From the NCBI GenBank assembly GCA_017467845.1, contig JAFUKH010000025.1, forward strand, positions 14,041-78,040: 64,000 bases of DNA, given 5' to 3'. Positions 20,272 to 29,538 of this stretch are shown piece by piece. The translations under genes were made by a program, and so were the position numbers. Origin of the DNA: Lachnospiraceae bacterium (GTDB taxonomy: Bacteria > Bacillota > Clostridia > Lachnospirales > Lachnospiraceae). The notes below the pieces were generated by a model, which ran no database searches, was not told the origin of the DNA, and saw only the letters and a list, made by a program, of their open reading frames with translations. The stretch's first letter is position 1, and every line of letters begins with the position of its first letter.

Positions 20272-21210
20272 ATGGAACAGGATTTGATAAAAAAGGATAA
20301 TGCTGACTGGTTTTTTCTGGCAGTTATTATTTTTCATATTTTTTTGGAACTGGTGATTTATTTTACTCCCTTTGTGGAGATTGTTCCGTGGAACATGGCC
20401 ACGAATCTGATTCTTTCGGAAAGTGTCATTTGGATTCCGGCACTGTTTTACTTTGTCGAAACAAAGCAGAATCCCATAGAAACCTGTCGGTTTCGGAAAA
20501 TTCGTCCGGCTACTGTGTTTATGACGGTACTGTTCACTATGCTGTGCGGGCCTTTGACTACGGTGGCAAATGCAATTTCTATGCTGTTTGTAGAAAATAC
20601 GGTATTGTCAATAAGTGGTAATGTACTGGAAATGCCTTTTCCGGTAATGTTTTTGCTGATGGCGGTATATGGACCTTTGGTAGAGGAAGTGGGATTTCGC
20701 GGGATTATTCATCAGGGATTCCGCAGTCGGGGCAATGTGTGGAAAGCCATATTATTGAGTTCGTTTTTATTTGCAATTATGCATATGAATGTCAATCAGG
20801 CTGCGTATGCATTTGTTCTTGGTATTATGATGGCACTTCTTATGGAGGCCACGGACAGCATATGGCCAAGCTTTATTATGCACATGTGCATAAACGGATT
20901 TTCCGTAGTGGTAATGTTTTTGACTAATGCGTTACCGGCGGAAACCATGGAAGTTGCTATGTCAGAGGCAGTTTATTCTACGCAGGAGCTGTTTTTGGTT
21001 ATCAGCATATACCTTGTGCTTGCAGTAATCTGTACGCCGCTTGCACTATGTGTTCTGACATGGATTGCCGGACACGAGAATCGTAAGGAAGCCCTGGCGG
21101 CTATCCTGCCCAATCGTAAATCATCCCATTCGAAGCTACTAACAATACCAATTATTGTTGGAACATTAATTTGCTTCGTGATGATGATTATAAATCAGAT
21201 ATTAGTATAA
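20272..21210 (+). CDS. CPBP/CAAX-II intramembrane metalloprotease
   Basis: EEVGFRG, FAIMH, HMCIN motifs; multiple TMs. Confidence 0.88.
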   Translation: MEQDLIKKDNADWFFLAVIIFHIFLELVIYFTPFVEIVPWNMATNLILSESVIWIPALFYFVETKQNPIETCRFRKIRPATVFMTVLFTMLCGPLTTVANAISMLFVENTVLSISGNVLEMPFPVMFLLMAVYGPLVEEVGFRGIIHQGFRSRGNVWKAILLSSFLFAIMHMNVNQAAYAFVLGIMMALLMEATDSIWPSFIMHMCINGFSVVVMFLTNALPAETMEVAMSEAVYSTQELFLVISIYLVLAVICTPLALCVLTWIAGHENRKEALAAILPNRKSSHSKLLTIPIIVGTLICFVMMIINQILV

Positions 21211-21241
21211 TATCACTTGTTAAACGAACATGTTAATGCGC

Positions 21242-21598
21242 CTAGTGCCGTTGAGGGGTATATTCCTATTTTGTGTACCTTTGTGAGGCGTCGGCACTTA
21301 GCAAGTGGGAGCATGTGCGAACCACGAGCTTAGTACCGTTACGCTGAACATAGAGCGCAATGTCGTTAAGTTTAGAAATTATGCAGGGAGGAAATGATAT
21401 GTTTTATGAAGACCGTTGGAAAACGTCAGTACTTAGCGAGGTACTTTCGAGCTTAGTACTGCTACGTTTTACATCGAGCGAGAGCGTGTCAGAATAAAAC
21501 ATTTCGTTTTTGACCTGAGTGATTACTAAACTTAATGACATTGACATAGAGCGAAAGCGTGTCACAAAATAGGAATATATCCACGAAATGGTATCTAG
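21242..21598 (+). ncRNA. Candidate large structured element (nested long stems, duplicated internal module); RNA or ssDNA unresolved
   Basis: 17-bp perfect IR 21259-21275/21563-21579; about 50-bp G·U-rich stem 21358-21407/21494-21543; no convincing ORF. Confidence 0.55.
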
Positions 21599-21624
21599 TG
21601 CACTGTCAAAGAAGGAGGAAAACT

Positions 21625-21816
21625 ATGGATATTGCTGCATTATCAACCGCATTAGCGAACGTGGAAACATTAGGTCAGGTTGGAACCGCTGTATTAAGTA
21701 AGGCAATGGACACCAATGAGTCACTGGGAGCAGGCCTTGTAGAGATGATTGACGCTGCTGCGATGGAAAGAAGCGTCAATCCTGGAGTTGGAGAAAATAT
21801 CGACGTAAGAGTGTAG
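21625..21816 (+). CDS. YjfB-family small protein (putative motility protein)
   Basis: MDIAALST...VGTAVLSKAMD...MERSVNPGVGENIDVRV; SD AAGGAGG. Confidence 0.8.
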   Translation: MDIAALSTALANVETLGQVGTAVLSKAMDTNESLGAGLVEMIDAAAMERSVNPGVGENIDVRV

Positions 21817-21832
21817 TATAAAAAGATATAAA

Positions 21833-21879
21833 AAATGTACAATAAAGTATTGATTTTTGTGCAATATTTTTGTACATTT
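21833..21879. promoter_or_regulatory. Candidate CdaR-type autoregulatory operator
   Basis: AAATGTACAA ... TTGTGCAA ... TTGTACATTT upstream of a CdaR-family gene. Confidence 0.45.
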
Positions 21880-21920
21880 GTATTAATAGTGAAATTCTAT
21901 TAGAATAGGAGCGATTACCA

Positions 21921-23006
21921 ATGATATCGAATCAAATACTGCAGAATACGATTGAAGGACTGAAAAACATTGCAAGAGTGGAAGTGTGTGTTATGGACAT
22001 AGACGGTAAACCGGTAGCATACACCATGGACATGCTGCATTTAGGTAAACCGGCCACTGAGTTTGCCAAATCCCCGGCGGATACTCAGGAGGTACAGGGC
22101 TATCAGTTTTTCAAAGTATATGATGAGCAGCAGCTTGAATATGTGCTTGTAGTGGCAGGCTCAGGCGAAGATGTATATACCATTGGCAAGATGATTGCGT
22201 TCCAGCTGCAGAATCTTCTGGTGGCTTATAAAGAGCGCTTTGATAAGGATAACTTCATTAAGAATCTCCTTTTGGACAATTTGCTTTTGATTGATATCTA
22301 CAGCCGCTCGAAAAAGCTTCATATCCAGACGGATGTGTCTCGAGTAGCGATGATCGTGGAGTCTGATAACAGCAAGGATAGCAATGCCCTGGAGCTGACC
22401 AGAGCTTACTTTGGTAATAACAGTAAAGACTTTGTCACTGCAGTGGATGAAAATAATGTAATCGTTGTAAAGGATTTATCGGAGTCAGATTCCCCTAAGG
22501 AGATTGAAAAGGTTGCTCGCAGTCTTGCAGCACAGCTTACTAAGGATGGTTTGAAGAACCTTCGTATCGCATACGGTACCGTTGTGCGTGAAATTAAGGA
22601 AGTGAGCCGCTCCTATAAAGAGGCTAAAATGGCACTTGATGTAGGTAAGATTTTCTTTGACGAGAGAAATGTAATTGCCTACAGCGAGCTTGGTATCGGA
22701 CGACTTATTTATCAGCTTCCGATTCCTCTTTGTAAGATGTTTATTCGTGAGATTTTTGATGGCAAGAGTCCGGATGAGTTTGACGAAGAGACTCTTACTA
22801 CTATTTACAAATTCTTTGAGAACAGTTTGAATGTGTCAGAAACATCCAGACAGCTGTTCATTCATCGTAATACACTTGTATACAGACTGGATAAGCTACA
22901 GAAGAGTACCGGTCTGGACTTACGTGTATTTGAAGATGCAATCACCTTTAAGATTGCACTTATGGTTGTGAAATATATGAAGTACATGGAGAGTTTTGAG
23001 TATTAA
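21921..23006 (+). CDS. CdaR/PucR-family transcriptional regulator
   Basis: C-terminal HTH LNVSETSRQLFIHRNTLVYRLDK. Confidence 0.9.
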   Translation: MISNQILQNTIEGLKNIARVEVCVMDIDGKPVAYTMDMLHLGKPATEFAKSPADTQEVQGYQFFKVYDEQQLEYVLVVAGSGEDVYTIGKMIAFQLQNLLVAYKERFDKDNFIKNLLLDNLLLIDIYSRSKKLHIQTDVSRVAMIVESDNSKDSNALELTRAYFGNNSKDFVTAVDENNVIVVKDLSESDSPKEIEKVARSLAAQLTKDGLKNLRIAYGTVVREIKEVSRSYKEAKMALDVGKIFFDERNVIAYSELGIGRLIYQLPIPLCKMFIREIFDGKSPDEFDEETLTTIYKFFENSLNVSETSRQLFIHRNTLVYRLDKLQKSTGLDLRVFEDAITFKIALMVVKYMKYMESFEY

Positions 23007-23749
23007 TGACAAGAAGGGAAAGAAAGAAATTACAACGGGAGGAGTTTGTCCGGGAAAATGGACTTATTTGTCTGGAAAACGTAAGTAAGTCCTATTCTAC
23101 CGGCTCTCCGGCCCTTAATGGTGTATCCTTGAGTATTAAGCCGGGAGAGTTTGTGTTTATTGTTGGTGACAGTGGTTCGGGAAAGTCTACCCTTATTAGA
23201 CTTCTTTTGCGTGAGCTGATTGCCACCTCAGGAAATGTTTGGGTGAAGGGCCATAATCTGAACAAACTGCGCCATAGAGAAATACCGAAATTTAGAAGGA
23301 ACCTGGGAATTGTTTTCCAGGATTTCCGTTTGCTTAACGATAGAAATGTATATGAGAACGTTGCATTTGCACAGCGTGTAGTGCAGGTTCCGGGCAGAGA
23401 GATTCGCAGAAATGTGCCTTCTATTCTGGCGACGGTAGGTCTTGCCGGAAAGTATAAGGCAAAGACAAAGCAGTTATCAGGTGGAGAACAGCAGAGGGTT
23501 GCGTTGGCAAGGGCGCTTGTCAATAGACCTTCTATTTTGCTTGCGGATGAACCTACCGGTAATCTGGATCCTAAGAATTCATGGGAAATCATGAAGCTGC
23601 TGGAAGAGATTAACGAAAGCGGAACCACTGTAGTGGTAGTAACTCATAATCGTGAAATTGTCAATGCCATGCAGAAGCGTGTAATTACCATGCGTAAGGG
23701 TGTTATTATCAGTGACGAAGAGGGGGGCATCTACATCGATGAAGATTAG
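23006..23749 (+). CDS. ftsE: Cell division ATPase FtsE
   Basis: GDSGSGKST, VFQDFRLL, LSGGEQQRV, ADEPTGNLD; precedes ftsX. Confidence 0.92.
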   Translation: MTRRERKKLQREEFVRENGLICLENVSKSYSTGSPALNGVSLSIKPGEFVFIVGDSGSGKSTLIRLLLRELIATSGNVWVKGHNLNKLRHREIPKFRRNLGIVFQDFRLLNDRNVYENVAFAQRVVQVPGREIRRNVPSILATVGLAGKYKAKTKQLSGGEQQRVALARALVNRPSILLADEPTGNLDPKNSWEIMKLLEEINESGTTVVVVTHNREIVNAMQKRVITMRKGVIISDEEGGIYIDED

Positions 23750-24647
23750 TACCTTTTTTTATACAATTAAGCAGGGCTTTGTAAACCTCTTCCGTAATAA
23801 GTGGTATACCCTTGCATCTGTGGCAACCATTGCGGCGTGCCTGTTTTTATTTGGAGTGTTTTATGCGATTATCGCCAACTTTACTCATATTGTAAAGAAT
23901 GTGGAGGAAGGCGTATCAATAACGGTTTTCTTTGTAGAGGGAACCACCGATGAGAGAATGGAAGAAATCGGTAAGCTTATTGCAGGACGAAGTGAAGTTG
24001 CGGATTTGAACTTTGTGTCTGATGAACAGGCATGGGAAGATTATCAGCAGGACTACTTCGGAGATAAGGTAGATGAGTTTATAGCCGGATACCCTACCAA
24101 TCCCCTGGAGGGCTTTGATAACTATGAGGTATATCTCAGTGATGTTTCTAAGCAGGCGGATTTGATTGCGTTTATTGAGTCTATTGAGGGGGTTGATTTT
24201 GTGAGACGTGAGGATGGTGTGGCAGAGACGCTGTCCGGTTTTAACCTGCTTCTCAGCTATGTATCTCTGGGGATTATCGGAATTCTTCTGGCAGTATCGG
24301 TGTTCCTTATCAGTAATACCGTTACCATTGGTATCTCGGTCCGTAAAGAAGAAATTAATATTATGAAATATATTGGAGCTACAGACTTTTTTGTAAGAGC
24401 ACCTTTTGTGATTGAGGGTGTTATGATTGGTCTTGTGGGTGCATCTATTCCCCTTGTAATTATTTATAATATGTACAGCGTGGTATTGGAATATGTAGTA
24501 GGGAATTTTGAGATGCTCAGCCAGCTTTTGGATTTCCTTTCTGTAGCAGCGTTATTTGAATTTTTATTGCCCATTTCTTTGATTGTGGGTGTTGGTATCG
24601 GATTTATCGGAAGCTACTCTACCGTGAGAAAGCATCTGCACGTGTAA
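23739..24647 (+). CDS. ftsX: Cell division permease FtsX
   Basis: Four TMs, ISNTV, EINIMKYIGAT..FVRAPFVIEG. Confidence 0.92.
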   Translation: MKISTFFYTIKQGFVNLFRNKWYTLASVATIAACLFLFGVFYAIIANFTHIVKNVEEGVSITVFFVEGTTDERMEEIGKLIAGRSEVADLNFVSDEQAWEDYQQDYFGDKVDEFIAGYPTNPLEGFDNYEVYLSDVSKQADLIAFIESIEGVDFVRREDGVAETLSGFNLLLSYVSLGIIGILLAVSVFLISNTVTIGISVRKEEINIMKYIGATDFFVRAPFVIEGVMIGLVGASIPLVIIYNMYSVVLEYVVGNFEMLSQLLDFLSVAALFEFLLPISLIVGVGIGFIGSYSTVRKHLHV

Positions 24648-24666
24648 TGGAGGAGTAAGAAGGACA

Positions 24667-25881
24667 TTGAAGAGAGTGACCATGACATTGGCCTGTGTGG
24701 TGCTGACTTTCTGTATGGCAATTACCTCAAATGCGACATCGCTGTCAGGTATTACCTCGGATAGTATTAAGCAGATGCAGGGGCAGATTTCTGATGCTAA
24801 TGATGAAAAAGAGGAGCTGGAAAATTCTCTTAAGGAAGTTAAAAATCTGGTCAGCCAGTTAAGACAGGAAAAGGCGGATTTAAATTCATACATTACGGAG
24901 CTGGATGCGAATCTGGAAGAAATCGAAACACAGATTGAAGATTTGAAAAATCAGATAACTTTGAAGGAAGCAGAGATTGTGGAGACGGAGGAGCTTCTTG
25001 CTCAGGCGAAAGAAGTTGAAGCAAATCAGCATGATGCAATGGATAACCGCATAAGATTAATGTATGTACAGGGTGAACAGCGTTATCTGGAATTGCTTTT
25101 AACTTCCAGTAGTTTTTCGGATTTCCTGAATAGAGCCGTATATGTGAATGCCATTGCCCAATATGACCAAGATCGTCTGGATGAGTATGTGCAGACCAGA
25201 GAGTATGTGGAGCTTTGTGAGGAGCAGCTTCGTTTGCAGAAGGAGATTCTTGATGCAACAAAGGTTGCAGTGGAAGAAGAACAGGCTGCACTGGAAGAAC
25301 TGATCGACCAGAAGAGAAACGAGATTGAAAAGTACGAAGCTAGTATTAGCAATAAAGAAGAAAGCATTGAAGAATATGAAGCAATGATTGCGGAACAGGA
25401 TGAGCTGATAAAAGAGCTTGAGGAAGCGGTCATAGCAGAACAAAAGAAGATTCTGGCACAGCAGGGCTCTGTTGTGATTTATGATGGAGGACAATTTAAG
25501 TTCCCCTTAGCATCTTATACCAGAATTTCAGACGATTACGGATGGAGAATTCATCCCATCTTAAATACAAAGCAGTTCCACAATGGTGTGGACTTTGCAG
25601 CTCCTAAGGGAACCGCGATTTATGCAGCCTATGATGGTGAGGTAGTGGCAGCAACATATAGTGCTACAATGGGTAATTATGTGATGATTAATCATGGTAG
25701 TGGTCTTTATACTATCTACATGCATGCATCGGCGCTTTACTGCTCTAAGGGAGATGTGGTGGTACGTGGAGAGACCATTGCGGCAGTAGGAACCACAGGT
25801 CGTTCCACAGGTAATCATCTGCATTTTTCTGTACGTAAGGATGGAAGCTATGTATCACCGTGGAATTATTTGAAAGAATAA
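24667..25881 (+). CDS. Coiled-coil M23 peptidase (EnvC/CwlO-like FtsEX partner)
   Basis: Signal peptide, long coiled coil, HNGVD and HLH zinc motifs intact. Confidence 0.88.
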   Translation: MKRVTMTLACVVLTFCMAITSNATSLSGITSDSIKQMQGQISDANDEKEELENSLKEVKNLVSQLRQEKADLNSYITELDANLEEIETQIEDLKNQITLKEAEIVETEELLAQAKEVEANQHDAMDNRIRLMYVQGEQRYLELLLTSSSFSDFLNRAVYVNAIAQYDQDRLDEYVQTREYVELCEEQLRLQKEILDATKVAVEEEQAALEELIDQKRNEIEKYEASISNKEESIEEYEAMIAEQDELIKELEEAVIAEQKKILAQQGSVVIYDGGQFKFPLASYTRISDDYGWRIHPILNTKQFHNGVDFAAPKGTAIYAAYDGEVVAATYSATMGNYVMINHGSGLYTIYMHASALYCSKGDVVVRGETIAAVGTTGRSTGNHLHFSVRKDGSYVSPWNYLKE

Positions 25882-25885
25882 GATG

Positions 25886-26036
25886 AACTATTCAGAGCCA
25901 TGCGCATTTATGAAAAACGGGTGGAGTAAGCTTGCTTACAGAGGGCTGTTTCCATAAATGCATATGGTGAGAAAGCCAACATGAGCAAAAGGAAAGCCTC
26001 GTAGAGGCGATTTTGCGAAGGTGGCTCTGGATAGTT
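25886..26036 (+). repeat. Structured hairpin element, copy C
   Basis: 15-bp terminal IR with one T·G; GTAAGC-TT-GCTTAC; ATGAGCAAAA..GCCTC-GTA-GAGGC..TTTGCGAA. Confidence 0.8.
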
Positions 26037-26068
26037 ATGAATGAAAGTATTTGGAGCTGATTTGTAGT

Positions 26069-27331
26069 ATGGAAAATAATAAGAAAAAGAAATCCGGTTA
26101 TTTCCTGGCCGGATTGGCAACAGGTGCGTTTGCCATTTTGATGCTTGCTGCATTCATTTATCTGGGATTTTCAGTGCAGAGATATATGGAAGCATTACAG
26201 GAGAGAACTCAGAATGATGAGGTATCTACGAACGATTCAGGGGAACTGATAGATGATGAAATGACCGCGAAGCTGGCAACGCTGGAGGCCATTATTGAGA
26301 AGTACTATTATCAGGATGATGTGAGTAAAGAGGATCTGGAAATCGGTATCTATCGCGGTTTGCTGGATGCTGTGGGGGATCCGTACACTGTGTATTATAC
26401 TCCTGAAGAAATTCAGGACCTTTATGAGCAGACGGAAGGGATTTACTATGGTATTGGTGCATACGTGGCCTTAGATGAGACCACCAACCGTACCAAGATT
26501 CTGTCACCCATTCCCGGAACGCCTGCGGAAGAGGCGGGACTTAGAGCAGATGATATCCTTTATGAGGTGGATGGTGTAGACACCTACGATATGGATATCA
26601 ATAATGTGGTATCCCTGATTAAGGGAGAGGAGGGCACTACGGTTTCCCTGACGATTTACCGTGAGGGTGAGCCGGATTTCCTTTATGTTGATGTGGAGCG
26701 ACGAAAAGTAGAGGCACCTACGGTAGAGTTTGAGATGCTGGAAGACGGCATGGCGTATATTCAGATTACGGAATTTGATGAGGTGACTGTGGATCAGTTC
26801 GCAGAGGCTTTGGCAGAAGCCAGAGCATCAGAGATGAAAGGTCTTATTATTGATGTACGTGCCAACCCCGGAGGAAGCCTGGATGCAGTAGTAAATATAT
26901 GTCAGATGTTGCTTCCGAAAGGCATGATTGTGTATACCGAGGATAAATATGGCAGCAGAAGTGAGTATACTTGTGACGGCAAGAGAGAATTTGATTTGCC
27001 ACTGGTACTTTTAATTGATGGTAATTCTGCAAGTGCATCCGAGATTTTAGCAGGTGCAATTCAGGATTATGAAATAGGAACCTTGGTAGGAACGACTACT
27101 TTTGGCAAAGGAATTGTACAGCAGGTGGTAAACTTAAGAGACGGTTCTGCGGTAAAGATTACCGTAAGCAGTTACTACACTCCCAGTGGTCGTAACATTC
27201 ACGGAACAGGTATTGAACCGGATGTGGAAGTGATTTTTGACGGAGAGCGTTATTACAGTGAGGAAGCGTTTGACAATCAGCTGGATAAGGCGAAAGAGGT
27301 TTTAAGAGACCTGATTGAGAAGGATAAGTAG
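26069..27331 (+). CDS. S41 C-terminal processing protease (CtpA-like)
   Basis: TM anchor, DPYTVY, PDZ GIGA, DVRANPGG, SASASE, TFGKG. Confidence 0.92.
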   Translation: MENNKKKKSGYFLAGLATGAFAILMLAAFIYLGFSVQRYMEALQERTQNDEVSTNDSGELIDDEMTAKLATLEAIIEKYYYQDDVSKEDLEIGIYRGLLDAVGDPYTVYYTPEEIQDLYEQTEGIYYGIGAYVALDETTNRTKILSPIPGTPAEEAGLRADDILYEVDGVDTYDMDINNVVSLIKGEEGTTVSLTIYREGEPDFLYVDVERRKVEAPTVEFEMLEDGMAYIQITEFDEVTVDQFAEALAEARASEMKGLIIDVRANPGGSLDAVVNICQMLLPKGMIVYTEDKYGSRSEYTCDGKREFDLPLVLLIDGNSASASEILAGAIQDYEIGTLVGTTTFGKGIVQQVVNLRDGSAVKITVSSYYTPSGRNIHGTGIEPDVEVIFDGERYYSEEAFDNQLDKAKEVLRDLIEKDK

Positions 27332-27340
27332 AGAAGATAT

Positions 27341-28009
27341 ATGAAAGTAATTGCTCATATATATACGGATTTTCCGGAGAAGTTCGGAATTCCCAGACAG
27401 AGCTCACTGGTAAAGGAGCTTACCGGCAGAATTGTATTTGAGCCGGAGTACCGCAGCCCGGATGCTGTAAAAGGTCTGGAGGGGTTTAATTATATATGGC
27501 TTCTGTGGCAGTTCCAGGTGCCGGCCAGCGACCGGTTTATTGCTACGGTGACGCCGCCCAGACTTGGAGGAAAGAAGCATATGGGTGTCTTTGCTACAAG
27601 GTCTCCCTTCCGCCCCAATAACATTGGTCTTTCTTCGGTACATTTGGACAGAATCGAGATGATAGAAAATGGTCCGGTACTTTATGTATCAGGGGTGGAT
27701 TTGAGAGACAAGACGCCGATTTATGATATTAAACCATATCTGCCCTACAGTGATTGCCATCCGGATGCAAAGGAAGGCTTCGTAGCAGATACCAAGGAGT
27801 ATGCGCTGGAGGTGGATTTCCCGGTGGAGCTTTTGGCAAAGTATCCGGAAGAGAAAAGAAATGCAATTATCGAGGTGCTTAGGCAGGATCCGCGTCCTTC
27901 CTATCACAGCGATCCCAATAGAAAGTATGGTGTTTCCTTTGCCGGATGGGATGTCCATTTTACCGTGGTAGAGAATAAATTAACCGTGTTCGAGGTTGTG
28001 AAATTATAG
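27341..28009 (+). CDS. tsaA: tRNA (t6A37) N6-methyltransferase TrmO/TsaA
   Basis: EKFGIPRQ, PPRLGG, GVFATRSPFRPN, TPIYDIKPY, QDPRPSY. Confidence 0.92.
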   Translation: MKVIAHIYTDFPEKFGIPRQSSLVKELTGRIVFEPEYRSPDAVKGLEGFNYIWLLWQFQVPASDRFIATVTPPRLGGKKHMGVFATRSPFRPNNIGLSSVHLDRIEMIENGPVLYVSGVDLRDKTPIYDIKPYLPYSDCHPDAKEGFVADTKEYALEVDFPVELLAKYPEEKRNAIIEVLRQDPRPSYHSDPNRKYGVSFAGWDVHFTVVENKLTVFEVVKL

Positions 28010-28022
28010 GATTTGCACATTT

Positions 28023-28070
28023 AGCCCAGCATAAGAATCAAAAACTAGGTTCTCGTGCCGGGCTTTTTTC
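28023..28070 (+). terminator. Terminator-like hairpin directly before the glycerol operon
   Basis: AGCCCAGCA..AGAATC/GGTTCT..TGCCGGGCT followed by a T-run. Confidence 0.6.
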
Positions 28071-28089
28071 ATCTTAATGGGAGGATGTT

Positions 28090-29538
28090 ATGTTTGATGT
28101 ACTGATTATCGGAGGCGGTGTCAGCGGATGCTGTATCGCCAGAGAACTTTCAAAGACGCAGAGGAGAATAGGGCTTTTAGAGGCACAACCGGATATCTGT
28201 GAGGGAACCTCGAAAGCCAACAGCGGTATTGCACATGCAGGTTTTGATGCAAAGCCGGGAACCTTGATGGCGAAGCTGAATGTGCGTGGAAATCAGCTTT
28301 TGGACGAGCTTGCACTGAAATTGGATATTCCCCTGAAAAGAAATGGTGCATTGGTCTTATGTTTTGAAGAAGAGGGGCTGGCGAAATTACAGGAATTATA
28401 TGACAGGGGCGTCACAAATGGAGTGGGAGAATTGCAGCTTCTTTCGGGTGAAGAAGCACGGGCATTGGAACCGGCTTTGAGTGAAGAGGTGAAGGGAGCA
28501 TTGTATGCGAAACGCTCCGGAATTGTCTGTCCCTTTGGTTTAACCATTGCAATGGCAGAGAATGCGGCGGAAAATGGGGTGGAATTCTACCGTGGCTACA
28601 GAGTATCTGCAGTTCATTTGAATGAGAGTGGAACATACTCGGTTTCCTGTGAAAATGGTGAAAGTTTTGAAACGAAAATCCTCATTAATGCAGCCGGAGT
28701 GTACAGTGATGTGATTCATAACATGCTTCCGGAAAAGGAGGGACATAATCACTTGGAGATTGTTCCCAGAAGAGGAGAATATTGCCTTTATGATAAACAG
28801 GCGGGGAATCTGGTGGAAAGAACTATTTTTCAGTTGCCCGGAGTCTATGGTAAAGGAACATTGGTAACTCCTACGGTTCATGGCAATCTGTTAATCGGTC
28901 CCACTGCGGAGGATGTACCCGGGAAGGAAGAAGTGAACACTACAAAGGCGGGGACAGACCTGCTTCTTTCAAATGGGGCAAGAAGTGTGAAGACACTTCC
29001 CGGTGGTAAGCAGATGATTACTTCTTTTGCGGGACTTCGAGCACATCATGCAGACCATGATTTTATCATTGAAGAGTCCAAGGGATATCCCGGCTTTGTG
29101 GATGTGGCTGCCATTGAGTCACCGGGGCTGACCAGTGCGCCTGCCATTGGTGAGTACGTGGCGGCAATTGTGCAGGATATAAAGCCGGCACCTATGAAGC
29201 CGGATTTTAAGGATACCAGAGCCGGAATTGTGACAACGGAAGGGAAAACATTGGCGGAGAAGAAGGCGATTGTAGCAGAAAATCCGGCTTACGCCAACAT
29301 CATCTGCCGATGCGAGTCCATTTCGGAAGGAGAGATATTAGCTGCAATTCACAGACCGGTAGGAGCTACTACGGTAGATGGCGTAAAAAGGCGTACCAGA
29401 GCCGGTATGGGACGATGTCAGGGGGGCTTTTGTTCCCCTAAGGTAACGGCAATTCTGGCACGGGAGCTGGGGATTCCGGTGGAAGGTGTACGCAAGTCGG
29501 GAGAGGCTTCCGTGATTCTCTATGGAGGACTAAAATGA
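28090..29538 (+). CDS. FAD-dependent oxidoreductase with BFD-like [2Fe-2S] domain (glycerol-3-phosphate dehydrogenase subunit)
   Basis: GGGVSG, GTSKANSG, SPGLTSAPA, CRCE...GMGRCQGGFC; same operon as glpK. Confidence 0.85.
   Translation: MFDVLIIGGGVSGCCIARELSKTQRRIGLLEAQPDICEGTSKANSGIAHAGFDAKPGTLMAKLNVRGNQLLDELALKLDIPLKRNGALVLCFEEEGLAKLQELYDRGVTNGVGELQLLSGEEARALEPALSEEVKGALYAKRSGIVCPFGLTIAMAENAAENGVEFYRGYRVSAVHLNESGTYSVSCENGESFETKILINAAGVYSDVIHNMLPEKEGHNHLEIVPRRGEYCLYDKQAGNLVERTIFQLPGVYGKGTLVTPTVHGNLLIGPTAEDVPGKEEVNTTKAGTDLLLSNGARSVKTLPGGKQMITSFAGLRAHHADHDFIIEESKGYPGFVDVAAIESPGLTSAPAIGEYVAAIVQDIKPAPMKPDFKDTRAGIVTTEGKTLAEKKAIVAENPAYANIICRCESISEGEILAAIHRPVGATTVDGVKRRTRAGMGRCQGGFCSPKVTAILARELGIPVEGVRKSGEASVILYGGLK

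Noticed and set aside
21559-21624. N-terminal extension of the yjfB-like ORF (and similar extensions at 10757, 11590, 23700, 39214, 40503, 52168, 53528)
   Set aside because: Downstream starts have better SD sequences or match family N-termini
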